Assembly (NCBI GenBank): GCA_040219255.1
Contig: JAVJSW010000049.1
Span: 64,001 to 128,000, forward strand
Length of the DNA: 64,000 bases
Source: Sumerlaeia bacterium
Lineage (GTDB): Bacteria > Sumerlaeota > Sumerlaeia > SLMS01 > JAHLLQ01
Reading direction: 5' to 3'
Shown: positions 1-9,168 of the stretch, one piece after another
Layout of the letters: each line of letters starts with the position of its first letter
How positions within the stretch are numbered: the first letter of the stretch is position 1
Position numbers and translations under genes: made by a program
The notes under the pieces: model-generated
Seen by the model: only the letters and a program-made list of their open reading frames with translations
Databases searched by the model: none
Told to the model about the DNA's origin: nothing

Positions 1-54
1 TGTGGTCTCAGGGGCGGCTGGCCATCGAAGGCCGCCGCGTGCGCGTGCGATCAT
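1..54 (-). CDS. 5' end of a CDS running off the left edge (MIARARGGLRWPAAPETT...)
   Basis: ATG at 54-52 overlaps the TAA of the upstream glycosyltransferase (TAATG coupling). The frame is open to the window edge but too short to assign a function. Confidence 0.35.
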   Translation of the reverse strand, partial: MIARARGGLRWPAAPETT

Positions 55-1202
55 TAAGAACCGGCTGATTCGACGCGCCGGTACACGGCGAGGGTGCCCT
101 CGACCATGCGGCCGGTGCTGAAGCGCTCGCGAACGGTCGCCGGTCCGGCTTGGGCAAAGGCTTCGCGGCGGGCGGGATCTTGCCAGAGAGCCGCCAACGC
201 CTCGGCCAGCGGCCCCGGAGCCCGCGGCGGCACCAGGACGCCATTCTCCCCGTCGCGCACGATGTCTGGAATGCCGCCGGTGCGCGCCGCTACGCACGGC
301 AGGCCCACCGCCATGGCGTCCAGCAGCGCCGTCCCTAGGCCTTCCAGCTTGCTCGGCAACACGAACAGGTCGAAGGCCGCGAGGTGCTCGGCCACGTCCT
401 CGCGCCACCCTGTCAGCCGCACCCGCTCGCCGAGACCGAGGGCCGCGATGCGCGTCTCCATGTCGGGGCGCAGCTCGCCCTCACCGACAAAGACGACGCG
501 CGCCCCCGGCAGGCGTTCGATCAGCGCGGGCACGGCTTCGATCAGGTTCAGCGGGTCCTTGTGATCGACATAGGCGCCGACGGTTCCGATCACCGGACCC
601 GGCTCCTCGACGCCCCACGCGGCGCGCAGGCGCTCGCGGACGGCGGCTCGGGCGTCGCCCGCGAGCACAAAACGCCCGGGATCGACTCCGCTGGGCACGA
701 GGGTGATGCGTTCTGGCGCGACGCCCCCGGCGCGCAGCTCGGCCGCGATGGCTTCGCTGATGGCGATGTAGTGCAGGTTTCCCGCCCCATATTTTCGCCG
801 CGACGCCCAGTTGGTCTTGATCGGAAAATCCACCCGCCGCGTCACCACGACGTCCGATCGGCCGCGGGAAGCCTTCAGCGCCAGCGCATGCCCCGCGCCC
901 GTGTGGGCGTGCAGGATATAGCCCTCATAATGCGCCAGACGATGCACCGCCCACTCGGCTCGCGGGTCCCAAAGCCGCCACGGCGGCACCTCCAGCACGT
1001 CGAATCCCTCGGCGCCTGCGCGCCGTGCCAGTTCACCGCCCCGGCGCGCGGCCAACAACTGGCGGATCGGTTCGCCAGTCTCGGCCCGCGCGCGCAAGCC
1101 CCGCATCAACGCCATGACCTGACCCTCGCCACCGCGAAAACCCTTCTCGGTGTCGATGTGCAGGATGCGCAGTTCGGGGCGGTTCAAAGCGGGAGGGGGC
1201 AC
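54..1202 (-). CDS. Glycosyltransferase family 4 (GT-B fold)
   Basis: N-terminal ILHIDTEKGFRGGEGQ; C-terminal FVLPSKLEGLGTALLDAMAVGLPCVA and GGIPDIVRDGENGVLV, typical of GT4. Confidence 0.92.
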   Translation of the reverse strand: MPPPALNRPELRILHIDTEKGFRGGEGQVMALMRGLRARAETGEPIRQLLAARRGGELARRAGAEGFDVLEVPPWRLWDPRAEWAVHRLAHYEGYILHAHTGAGHALALKASRGRSDVVVTRRVDFPIKTNWASRRKYGAGNLHYIAISEAIAAELRAGGVAPERITLVPSGVDPGRFVLAGDARAAVRERLRAAWGVEEPGPVIGTVGAYVDHKDPLNLIEAVPALIERLPGARVVFVGEGELRPDMETRIAALGLGERVRLTGWREDVAEHLAAFDLFVLPSKLEGLGTALLDAMAVGLPCVAARTGGIPDIVRDGENGVLVPPRAPGPLAEALAALWQDPARREAFAQAGPATVRERFSTGRMVEGTLAVYRRVESAGS

Positions 1203-1286
1203 AAGCGGAGTACTTAAGAGCGATGGCGCGGACAGAACGCCCGCGCCATCGAAGAATAGCCTCAGGTGCTTTCCGGGGGGAAAGGT

Positions 1287-3536
1287 TTAGTAGCGGGTTT
1301 CCGACGGCGGGGGCAGGACCGGCTGCGAAGGACGGGCGCCACCGCCTCCATCGGTCGGCGAAGGCCGGCGGGTTTCTTCCTCGCGGTCCCTTTCCGAACC
1401 GGGTTCGGCGGGGCGGTCCTGACCGCCACGGGTGCGGACGGGAGCCTCGCCGCCGCCGCCGCGATTGCCACCGCCACCGCCAATGGAGGCGCTGCCGCCG
1501 GTCGCCTGCGGCCGGAAGTTCGAATCGCGGCCCGCGCCGGCGGCCGGCTGGCGCACTTCGCGGGTCACGCCCAACTGCTCGAGTTCGCCCGCCACCCCGG
1601 CGCCTTCCGCGCCAGACATCAAGTCCGACGGATCGAAATCGAAGTCCCCAGCCTCGATGTCCTCCAGGCTGATGTCTTCATCCGCGGCGGGCGCATAGCT
1701 CTCCGTGTTCTCCGCATAGTTCGTCACCATGCGGCCCCGTCGGCCGTCTTCGTTGATCTGGCGGGGGATGGTGTCTTCCACGATGGTCGGGGTGATGAAG
1801 ATTTGGAGTTGAGTTCTATTGGTCGTGGTGGAGCGCGAACCGAAAACCGGCCCCACAACGGGCAGGCTCGAAAGGAATGGCAAGCCGCCGTTTGTCTCCG
1901 CGTCCGAGTTCGTGATCAAACCACCGATCACGCGCGTCTGTCCCGAGGGAATCGTCAAGATCGTTTCCAGCGTTTGCGTATCGCTTCGGATCAGAGTGAA
2001 TTCCTCGCCGTCAGCCAACCGAGTGACCGGCTGGGCATCGTCGTTGTCGATCTGCAAGTCCAGCTCGATCAGATAGCTGTTGGAAATCGAGGGGGTCACT
2101 TCGAAAGTCAAACCGTCGCGCACCGTCTGCTGGGTTTGTGTGCGGAAATTGTTCACGTTGTTTGTATCGGTGATCGTCGAAAGGAACGGTTCCTCCGAAC
2201 CGACGCGAATTCGCGAGGCTTCCTGATTCTTCACCAGCAGGCGCGGCTGGAGAAGAGTCTTCGTGTTGGTGTCTTCAAAGGAGGCTTGATACTCGATGAA
2301 AGCTTCGTCGCCCAAGTAAGCGCCAGCAAGCTGGTTGCCGCTCAGCGCCAGGTAAGGAAAGGTCGACGCCAATTCCCGGAATCCCATGCCGTCATCGTCA
2401 TCATCGATGGTTCCGACGGGATTTCGGGGACCAACCCGCGTGCCAGCCGCGTCCGGTGGATTGATAAACGGATCGCCCGAGATCGCAGCCTGCTGAAGCC
2501 CGATGTTGAAGCCACGATTGAACGTCGTCTGCAAGATCTCGGCTTGGATCAGCACCTGCTTCACCGGACGGTCGAAACCAGCCAGGATCTGCTCCACGCG
2601 CTCGTGGACCTCGGGCACGTCTTCCAGGATGAAGACACCCTGCTTGTCATTGATTTCAAACAGCAGGTCCGGCGTGCGGATGGTCTCGATGATCTCCTGC
2701 AACTGCTCCAGGTCCTCGCCGTCGATGCCGATGTTGTTCACATCGTAGATGACGATTTCCGGACCCACGTCCAGGATGTCGATCAGCAGCTCCATCTTCT
2801 TGATGTTGCTCAGCAGGTCCGTCACAATGATCTGGTGGGTTTTCGGGTCCACCTCGATGGTACCCGGGTCGCTCTTGTAGGTTTCGATTTTCTGGGCGAT
2901 GTCCTCCACGTCGGCGTAGCGCAGGTAGAAGACGCGGGTAAAGAGCTGGACGTCGATTTCACGGATCAGGCGCTCGATGCGCTCGATCACGTCGGGCAGA
3001 TCGCTGACGATGATTTTGTTCGTGCGGTTGTCGCTCGTGATGCTGCCGATGTCGCGGGTCAGGGCGGGTCGGATCGCCTGCTCCAACTCCGCCGCGTTCA
3101 CATGATCGGGGCGGAAAATCTTCGTGATGACTTTGTTCGGCAGGATATTCTGGCGGTACCATTGCTCATCGGCGATGCCGAATGTGCCGTCGTCCTGCTT
3201 GAACCACACCAGATTGTTCGGCGTGGCAAGACTCGTCAGTGCTTCCTCCAGGGTGGCGTCCGGTTTGAAAATCGAGACCCGCTGGCCAACCGCGCGGCCA
3301 AAGGCCGAGATGCTGGTGTCGGCCTGATTCCCGAGGACCTGCAGCACGATTTCGATCTTGGCGTCGTTGAACACCGCCTTCACTTTGCGGTCGCCGGGGT
3401 TTTCGGCCATTTCCTGGGCCCGGGCGGTGCCCGGCAGGCCGAGGGCCGCCGCCACCAGCAACGCCCACAGCACCGGCCACAGGGCCGCGGCGGGGCGGGA
3501 GAGGATTGAACGAAGGGGGGTGATCAACGTGGTCAT
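1287..3536 (-). CDS. Secretin (GspD/PilQ-like outer-membrane channel) with N0 and repeated N domains and a long low-complexity C-tail
   Basis: Signal peptide ...LGLPGTARA|QE; N-domain motifs (DNRTNKIIVSD, DPKTHQIIVTD); secretin core QVLIQAEI, QPRLLVKNQEASRIRVG, GLTFEVTPSI, GGLI...GLPFLSSLPVVGPVFGS...LQIFITPTIV. Start placed at ATG 3536 (ORF open to 3698). Confidence 0.93.
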   Translation of the reverse strand: MTTLITPLRSILSRPAAALWPVLWALLVAAALGLPGTARAQEMAENPGDRKVKAVFNDAKIEIVLQVLGNQADTSISAFGRAVGQRVSIFKPDATLEEALTSLATPNNLVWFKQDDGTFGIADEQWYRQNILPNKVITKIFRPDHVNAAELEQAIRPALTRDIGSITSDNRTNKIIVSDLPDVIERIERLIREIDVQLFTRVFYLRYADVEDIAQKIETYKSDPGTIEVDPKTHQIIVTDLLSNIKKMELLIDILDVGPEIVIYDVNNIGIDGEDLEQLQEIIETIRTPDLLFEINDKQGVFILEDVPEVHERVEQILAGFDRPVKQVLIQAEILQTTFNRGFNIGLQQAAISGDPFINPPDAAGTRVGPRNPVGTIDDDDDGMGFRELASTFPYLALSGNQLAGAYLGDEAFIEYQASFEDTNTKTLLQPRLLVKNQEASRIRVGSEEPFLSTITDTNNVNNFRTQTQQTVRDGLTFEVTPSISNSYLIELDLQIDNDDAQPVTRLADGEEFTLIRSDTQTLETILTIPSGQTRVIGGLITNSDAETNGGLPFLSSLPVVGPVFGSRSTTTNRTQLQIFITPTIVEDTIPRQINEDGRRGRMVTNYAENTESYAPAADEDISLEDIEAGDFDFDPSDLMSGAEGAGVAGELEQLGVTREVRQPAAGAGRDSNFRPQATGGSASIGGGGGNRGGGGEAPVRTRGGQDRPAEPGSERDREEETRRPSPTDGGGGARPSQPVLPPPSETRY

Positions 3537-3707
3537 GAGTCTCGGGGGCTCCATGGCTCCGGGTTCGGGTCGCGTCGCGTGGTTGGTTTCAACCGGTTCG
3601 CACCTGAGGCAGGGTTTCAGGCTTTCGCCGATCATGAGGCGAGGTGTCACGCGGAAAGTTCCAGCGGCAAAGGGAGAGTGCTCAGGCGGGGTCTTCAAAA
3701 CGGGGGC

Positions 3708-4640
3708 TCAATTCACGGGGAGGGGTTGGTCGAGGGTTTGGATGAGGGCGGTGATGTTTTCCAACTCTTCGATAGAATAGGCATGAACGATCAATTTTCG
3801 TTTTTCATCCAGCGCGGTGGCATCCACACTGTCGGGAGCCGAGATAGACAAAATGGCTCGAGCCAGGTCCGAAGGTTTCTCATGTTCAAGGCGGAAGACG
3901 CGGATCGGTCCTCCATGGACGCAGAATTGATGTCGTTGAAACCACATGTTCGTGGAAACATGATATCCACGCTCCTCGCAACCTAACCACCTCCAATCAT
4001 GTGGAGCGCACAAGGTGTCGAGGGCTCCTTGCAAGGTTTCCGTGGTCAGAACCAAATTCACATGGACGTCGGCTTTTGCCAAGTGACCTATAGGACGAAT
4101 GTCCGTTGCATAACGATTGGAAAGTATCTCGAGTACATCCCTCAACGGAACCTTTCGAAGGATCGTCAATTTCGATGCGATCTCCGGCGTCAACACACGT
4201 CCAGGGCCAGAACTCTCGTAGAGTGATTTCAATTCTTCCGGTGACGGTAGGTCGGCTGCCCCACTTCGCCGTCTGCTCTCAATCCACGTTCGATCGGAAT
4301 AGAAGTATCCGCCATAGAAGTTCTTCTCCCAACTCCCATCGGTCTGGTCGGCGAGAAGAGACAGCACGCTTTCGAGCGCGGGGGTCGTGAGCTGGTCCTC
4401 GGACTCGAGCGAGAAACTAACCGGCAGCGTCAACTCGACCAGTCCCGAAGGGCAGACGCTGATCCCAGATGCTTTCGATAGAATCGCCAAAGCCTCACGA
4501 ACCGGCACATCACGATACACCGTCCGCGAAGTCACGGCTTCCTCTCTGATTGGCGAAGAGATCGCCCGACCCGCAGGCGCCCCGGCTAAAGCCAATGGCG
4601 CCAACGAAAGACAAAGGTAAAGTAGAGCTGGTCGGAACAT
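3708..4640 (-). CDS. Secreted protein made only of secretin N-terminal modules (N0-N0-N1-like), with no beta-barrel
   Basis: Signal peptide MFRPALLYLCLSLAPLALA; two STN/N0-like segments (YRDVPVREALAILS; LRKVPLRDVLEILS...TLQGALDTL); N1-like RVFRLEHEKPSDLA...DEKRKLIVHA...ITALIQTLD. GC is visibly lower than the flanks. Confidence 0.7.
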   Translation of the reverse strand: MFRPALLYLCLSLAPLALAGAPAGRAISSPIREEAVTSRTVYRDVPVREALAILSKASGISVCPSGLVELTLPVSFSLESEDQLTTPALESVLSLLADQTDGSWEKNFYGGYFYSDRTWIESRRRSGAADLPSPEELKSLYESSGPGRVLTPEIASKLTILRKVPLRDVLEILSNRYATDIRPIGHLAKADVHVNLVLTTETLQGALDTLCAPHDWRWLGCEERGYHVSTNMWFQRHQFCVHGGPIRVFRLEHEKPSDLARAILSISAPDSVDATALDEKRKLIVHAYSIEELENITALIQTLDQPLPVN

Positions 4641-4710
4641 CGGTCACGCTCGCGAAGAGGAGGTATGCGGGAGTCCGGGAGGGCCAAACGCGGGCCAACT
4701 CCACCGCCCC

Positions 4711-5274
4711 CTACGACGGCGCCGCGGCCGCTTCCCCCACGTCCTCCTCCACCGCCAGATCCAACGCCTCCACCACCGGCTTCAGCCGCTGCAAAACCCG
4801 CCGCTCATCGTAGATCAGCAGGCGGTTGCCCTCCTCGTCCACGACGATGCGGCCGTGGGCGCGCGAGAGGTGCGGGGCGATGAGCGGAATCAGTTCGCTG
4901 GCGGGGCGGTGCTCGAGCTGGAGCACCATCGGCCGGGGGCGGTCGCCCAGCATTTCGCGGTCGTAAAACGCATGGTCGCAGAGGACGAAATCGCCTCCGT
5001 CCCGCCGGAACCACACCCATTCGTTTTTCGCCGCGATTTCCGAGAGGGCGTTCTCCAGCGTCGAACTCGTCGCCCGCAGGCTCACCCGCGCCGCCGTCAC
5101 TTCACCCTCCGCCACGATCCGTTCGCGAAAACCATAGCCCAACGCCGTCAGCACCACCGTGGCGGGCGCGTCATGGAACGCCAGCGTGATCGGCCGGCTC
5201 GTGGCGATGTCCGCCGAACCCGCGCACGCGGGCGACACAAGGAGGCTGAGAAGAGCAAGCACCACATACCGCAT
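4711..5274 (-). CDS. Secreted secretin N0-N1-only protein
   Basis: Signal peptide; aligns by eye with the neighbouring secretin N-terminus (FHDAPATVVLTALG/FNDAKIEIVLQVLG; TLENALSEIAAKNEWVWFRRDGG/TLEEALTSLATPNNLVWFKQDDG; DEEGNRLLIYD/DNRTNKIIVSD). Confidence 0.8.
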   Translation of the reverse strand: MRYVVLALLSLLVSPACAGSADIATSRPITLAFHDAPATVVLTALGYGFRERIVAEGEVTAARVSLRATSSTLENALSEIAAKNEWVWFRRDGGDFVLCDHAFYDREMLGDRPRPMVLQLEHRPASELIPLIAPHLSRAHGRIVVDEEGNRLLIYDERRVLQRLKPVVEALDLAVEEDVGEAAAAPS

Positions 5275-5499
5275 GATTTCGAAAACCCCAGGTGGCCTGA
5301 CTGCGGAGGGTGGCAGAAGTAGGCGTCGTCTTCAAGGGAAATGACTGACAAAACGCATTGGGAGTTACAAACACGAGTTGCGAAATCATTGCTTTAGGAT
5401 TTTTTTGACCATTCGATAAATGGCGAAAGGGATTGTGATACTCGTCCAAACCTGGAATCCTCCGCGTTTAAGACGACTCCCTGGGTGAAGGCCACGAGA

Positions 5500-7323
5500 A
5501 TGAAGGGCGCCACGCTCTTACTTTCAACCCTATTTTTGATTGTGGGACGGATGAGCCTTTTCGCCGCCACCCCGCTCTTCCACGATGCCACCACCTCCCT
5601 CGGCATCACCCACAGCCACCAGTCCGAATCCATCCCCGGCGACCCCACCGCCAACGTCCAGTGGATGACCGGCGGCGTCGCCGCCGAGGACTTCGACGGC
5701 GACGGCTGGATCGACCTGTACGTGCTCCAGGCGGCCGAGGCAGGCAAGAACCTCTACTATCGCAACCGGGGCGATGGCGCCTTTGTCGAGGAAGGCCGCG
5801 CCCGGGGCGTGGATGTCGCTGGCCGCTCCTTTGGCGTGGTGGCCGGCGATTACGACAGCGACGGCGACATCGACCTGTTCGTCAGTTTCTGGACCGCCCC
5901 CCACATGTTGCTCATCAACGATGGCCTCGGTCAGTTCCGGCGCCGCACCCTTTCCGGCCCGCAAGGCATCGAGCACTTCAACGTGATGAGCCCATCGTGG
6001 GGCGACATCGACAACGACGGCGACCTGGACCTGGCGCTGGGCCAATGGACCAGCCGCGAAACCGGCAACTTCTGGATCTACCGCAACCTTGGCGGGGGAG
6101 CCCTCGCCCCGCCCGCACCCCTGCGCGACTGGCAGACCACCCCCCAGTTCTACGTCTTCACCCCCCGCTTCGCCGACGTGAACAGCGATGGGTTCCAGGA
6201 TCTCCTGCTGGCCTGCGATTTCGAAAACTCCCAGCTCTGGCTCAACGACGGCACTGGCGAGTTCACCTACGCGGGCAAGGCCGCTGGCGTCGGCATTGAC
6301 CAGAACGGCATGGGCGCCGACGTGGCCGACCACGACAACGATGGCGACCTGGATTGGTTCGTAACCAGCATTTTCGTCCAGAACAGCCGGTTCGGAAACC
6401 GCCTTTACCGCAACCGGGGCAATGGCACCTTCCTCGATGTCACCGAACCGGCTGGCGCGGCGGATGGGTCATGGGGCTGGGGGGCCAGTTTCGGCGACCT
6501 CGACCTCGACGGCGACCTCGACCTCTTCCACGTCAACGGCTGGTCCACCGAACGATTCCTCGGCGACACCTGCCGCCTCTTCGTAAACCAGGGCAACGGG
6601 CGCTTCATCGAAGCCGCCGCCGCCGCCGGAGCCGCCGACCCGGGCCAGGGCCGGGGCATGGCCATGGCCGATTTCGACAACGATGGCGACCTGGATATCT
6701 ATGTGGCGAACAGCTTCATCATGACGCGCGAGCGAGGCATTATGCATCCCGCCCCGCCCGCCCTGCTGCGCAACGACTCACTGACCAGCGGCACCTGGCT
6801 CAAGGTGCACCTCGAAGGCCGCGCCCCAGTCCATCGCCAGGGCGTCGGTTCGCGCGTGCGGGTTCGCACCGGGGCCAGGACTCAACTGCGGGAACTCCAC
6901 GCCTCGTCGAACTTCCTGTCCTCCGGCCCGGGACGCATCGCCCACTTCGGGCTCAACGGCGAGATCGAAGCCGACGAGGTCCGCGCCGATTGGGTGGGCG
7001 GCGACACATCGATTTTCTACCGCGTGGCGGCCAATCAGGATCTTCTCATCGAGCAACCGGGCGCCGCACTTACCAGCCGCACCGTCCACGCTGGCACGCC
7101 CTTCGAAGCCACGTCCGGCAAGGCGGGCGATGGCCTCCTGCGAATGTGGACGGCGGCCGGCGAGAGCAAATCCGATCCCGCAACCTTCGTCTTTTCAGTC
7201 ACCGGACCGGCCACCCTGACCCTCGAAACGCGCAGCCCCGACGGCGCCACGCTCCTGAGCCGCGAGACCCTGCGGCTCACCGTCCTGCCGCCGGGCGACG
7301 GCGTGAAGTGGGTGGTGCGCTAA
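5500..7323 (+). CDS. CRTAC1-family FG-GAP/VCBS repeat protein with ASPIC-UnbV domain
   Basis: Repeated D[FYI]DxDGDxDL motifs; GVGSRVRV...HFGL...VRADW ASPIC/UnbV segment; signal peptide from ATG 5500; ends GDGVKWVVR. Confidence 0.88.
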   Translation: MKGATLLLSTLFLIVGRMSLFAATPLFHDATTSLGITHSHQSESIPGDPTANVQWMTGGVAAEDFDGDGWIDLYVLQAAEAGKNLYYRNRGDGAFVEEGRARGVDVAGRSFGVVAGDYDSDGDIDLFVSFWTAPHMLLINDGLGQFRRRTLSGPQGIEHFNVMSPSWGDIDNDGDLDLALGQWTSRETGNFWIYRNLGGGALAPPAPLRDWQTTPQFYVFTPRFADVNSDGFQDLLLACDFENSQLWLNDGTGEFTYAGKAAGVGIDQNGMGADVADHDNDGDLDWFVTSIFVQNSRFGNRLYRNRGNGTFLDVTEPAGAADGSWGWGASFGDLDLDGDLDLFHVNGWSTERFLGDTCRLFVNQGNGRFIEAAAAAGAADPGQGRGMAMADFDNDGDLDIYVANSFIMTRERGIMHPAPPALLRNDSLTSGTWLKVHLEGRAPVHRQGVGSRVRVRTGARTQLRELHASSNFLSSGPGRIAHFGLNGEIEADEVRADWVGGDTSIFYRVAANQDLLIEQPGAALTSRTVHAGTPFEATSGKAGDGLLRMWTAAGESKSDPATFVFSVTGPATLTLETRSPDGATLLSRETLRLTVLPPGDGVKWVVR

Positions 7324-7481
7324 GGCGAAAAGATATTGCTTGCGCTCGAAAGGGATCACGGGAATAGATTTTTCCTGATCAGCAAATTTACCAGATGAAT
7401 TCATCAGGCCGCCTTTCTTCCAAGGGACGACCCTCATCCGAATTGCTCCCGGGGACATTGATTTCGCTCGAGAATGGCTCA

Positions 7482-8888
7482 ATGATGAAACTCTCGGTTT
7501 TTCTTTTCTCGCTCCTAATCTGTTCCGTCAGCACGAGTGGTCAGTCGCAACAGACTGCGGATTCACAGGAATACGTTTTGTCTGTATTTGAAGCCCATTT
7601 GAGGGCGATGCTCGACTTGAGTTCTGTTCAGGGCTTCGGCACCTTTGAGACAATTCAGTATGGAAGGCCTACCGAGGTTGATCAAGGCGTTCTTGCCAGC
7701 CGGATGCGGGAGTACAAAGCGTCATTCTCTCAAGGCGTTCCTAGTTCGCAAGGCATGACGGATGAGCAGGCATACGCGCTGGCTCTTCATTCTTTTGAGA
7801 AACCGACAGAACGGATTCAAGCCCCCTTTACTTTAGCCAGGTATCACGATCAGTTCACAGTAACATTTCGAAACTTGATCGTTCAGACTTCGAGTTACGG
7901 GGATAATGGCAATGTCACAACTCATGCTCAGCCAAAGCTCCAAGCCTTTTCGAGTCGAGGAGATTTGACTGTTCGATTTTCTGAAGGGTGGGAGGCCACG
8001 CGAGGGAAGAACACTGCGGAAATCGAAGAGACTGCCAATATCCCTTACGTCATGTTTTGGGGATTGGGCTCATTTCTCGATTCGCGTTTCCATGACATCA
8101 ATACTACTGGCTTCCTGATTCATATGTCAAGACAGAATCCCTCCATCATTTCGGAAAGCCAACAAGCAATTGAAATCAGAATCGAGAATCCCGCAACTAA
8201 AGTCCCTGACATCTTTGTTTTTGATAAGAACAAGGACTTTGCTTTACTGGAGAGGCGGACATATCGAATGGGTTCGTCTGGCGAACCTTACTTGCATTCA
8301 CATGATGTATACAGTGAGTATGTTTCATCGAATGGCCGATGGTGGCCCCGCTTGACCGAGCGAATTCGTTATCGCGACCCACAGCCAAATACCGACTCCG
8401 AAATTGACAGGAAAGAGCGGATCGCTTTCGACGAGATCGCCGTTGATGGTATCGTCGAGAAGGAGAAGTACGATTTCCTGATCCCTGCCAATACTCATTT
8501 TCAGGCTGGCTATGGTTTGAAAAACCAGGCCATCCTTGCGAAGTTGCCATACTTGCAGGAGTTTCCCGTTCATTTGTCAAGTATCGAAGAGAGCTTTCTT
8601 GACGCACCCGTTCCAGGTGTCAACGTCCACGACGATTTCAACTTGTCCGAGTCCGAAGCTCAGGAAGACATTCCAAGTCGTCAGCAAACAGCGATTTCGA
8701 AAAACCTGAGTCCCCCAGACGGTGAATCAAGCGATGTTCGAGAAGCTGAGCCGCGTGCAAACACAGCCACCGGGCGGACCTCTCAGTTTCCCAGGAATCT
8801 AATATATTTTAGCCTGGCCTTGACTGGTATCCTTGCGGCTGTCGCTGGGCTGGTAGCCCTGACCCGGCTAATCGCTACGAAACGGTAA
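7482..8888 (+). CDS. Hypothetical exported protein with C-terminal membrane anchor (low GC)
   Basis: Long ORF in low-GC DNA; signal peptide MMKLSVFLFSLLICSVSTSG; C-terminal hydrophobic helix LIYFSLALTGILAAVAGLVAL followed by a basic tail. Confidence 0.75.
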   Translation: MMKLSVFLFSLLICSVSTSGQSQQTADSQEYVLSVFEAHLRAMLDLSSVQGFGTFETIQYGRPTEVDQGVLASRMREYKASFSQGVPSSQGMTDEQAYALALHSFEKPTERIQAPFTLARYHDQFTVTFRNLIVQTSSYGDNGNVTTHAQPKLQAFSSRGDLTVRFSEGWEATRGKNTAEIEETANIPYVMFWGLGSFLDSRFHDINTTGFLIHMSRQNPSIISESQQAIEIRIENPATKVPDIFVFDKNKDFALLERRTYRMGSSGEPYLHSHDVYSEYVSSNGRWWPRLTERIRYRDPQPNTDSEIDRKERIAFDEIAVDGIVEKEKYDFLIPANTHFQAGYGLKNQAILAKLPYLQEFPVHLSSIEESFLDAPVPGVNVHDDFNLSESEAQEDIPSRQQTAISKNLSPPDGESSDVREAEPRANTATGRTSQFPRNLIYFSLALTGILAAVAGLVALTRLIATKR

Positions 8889-9134
8889 TCGGCAAGAGAA
8901 AGTCAATCTGACCGCTCTTGATCGATTGCTGTGAATTCATGTCTGTCGAGTGGGCCCTGGGCGTCAAAGATAGGAAGTGTTTCGAAAGGTCGGGAGGCAA
9001 CGGCCATGCGGATCGTGGATGAAGCTCCTAACTCGATATTTCGCCTGAGAAGTTAGAATTAGGCCGGTTTTCCGAAACCGTCGACATCTTCAGATGAAGG
9101 TGTTAACTACCTCAAAGCTCGTCTGGGCAATCGG

Positions 9135-9163
9135 CTAGATCACAAGCTTTCTCGCGTATCTAG
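9135..9163 (-). terminator. 3' hairpin downstream of the ABC-F gene (possible terminator)
   Basis: On the minus strand, CTAGAT-A-CGCGAG-AAAG-CTTGTG-ATCTAG pairs using G-U, 5 nt after the ABC-F stop. No clear U tract. Confidence 0.4.
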
Positions 9164-9168
9164 GCAGC

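Noticed and set aside
5680-6700. Recurring GACxxCGACGGCGACCTxGAC nucleotide repeats
   Set aside because: Explained by the FG-GAP (DxDxDGDxD) protein repeats.
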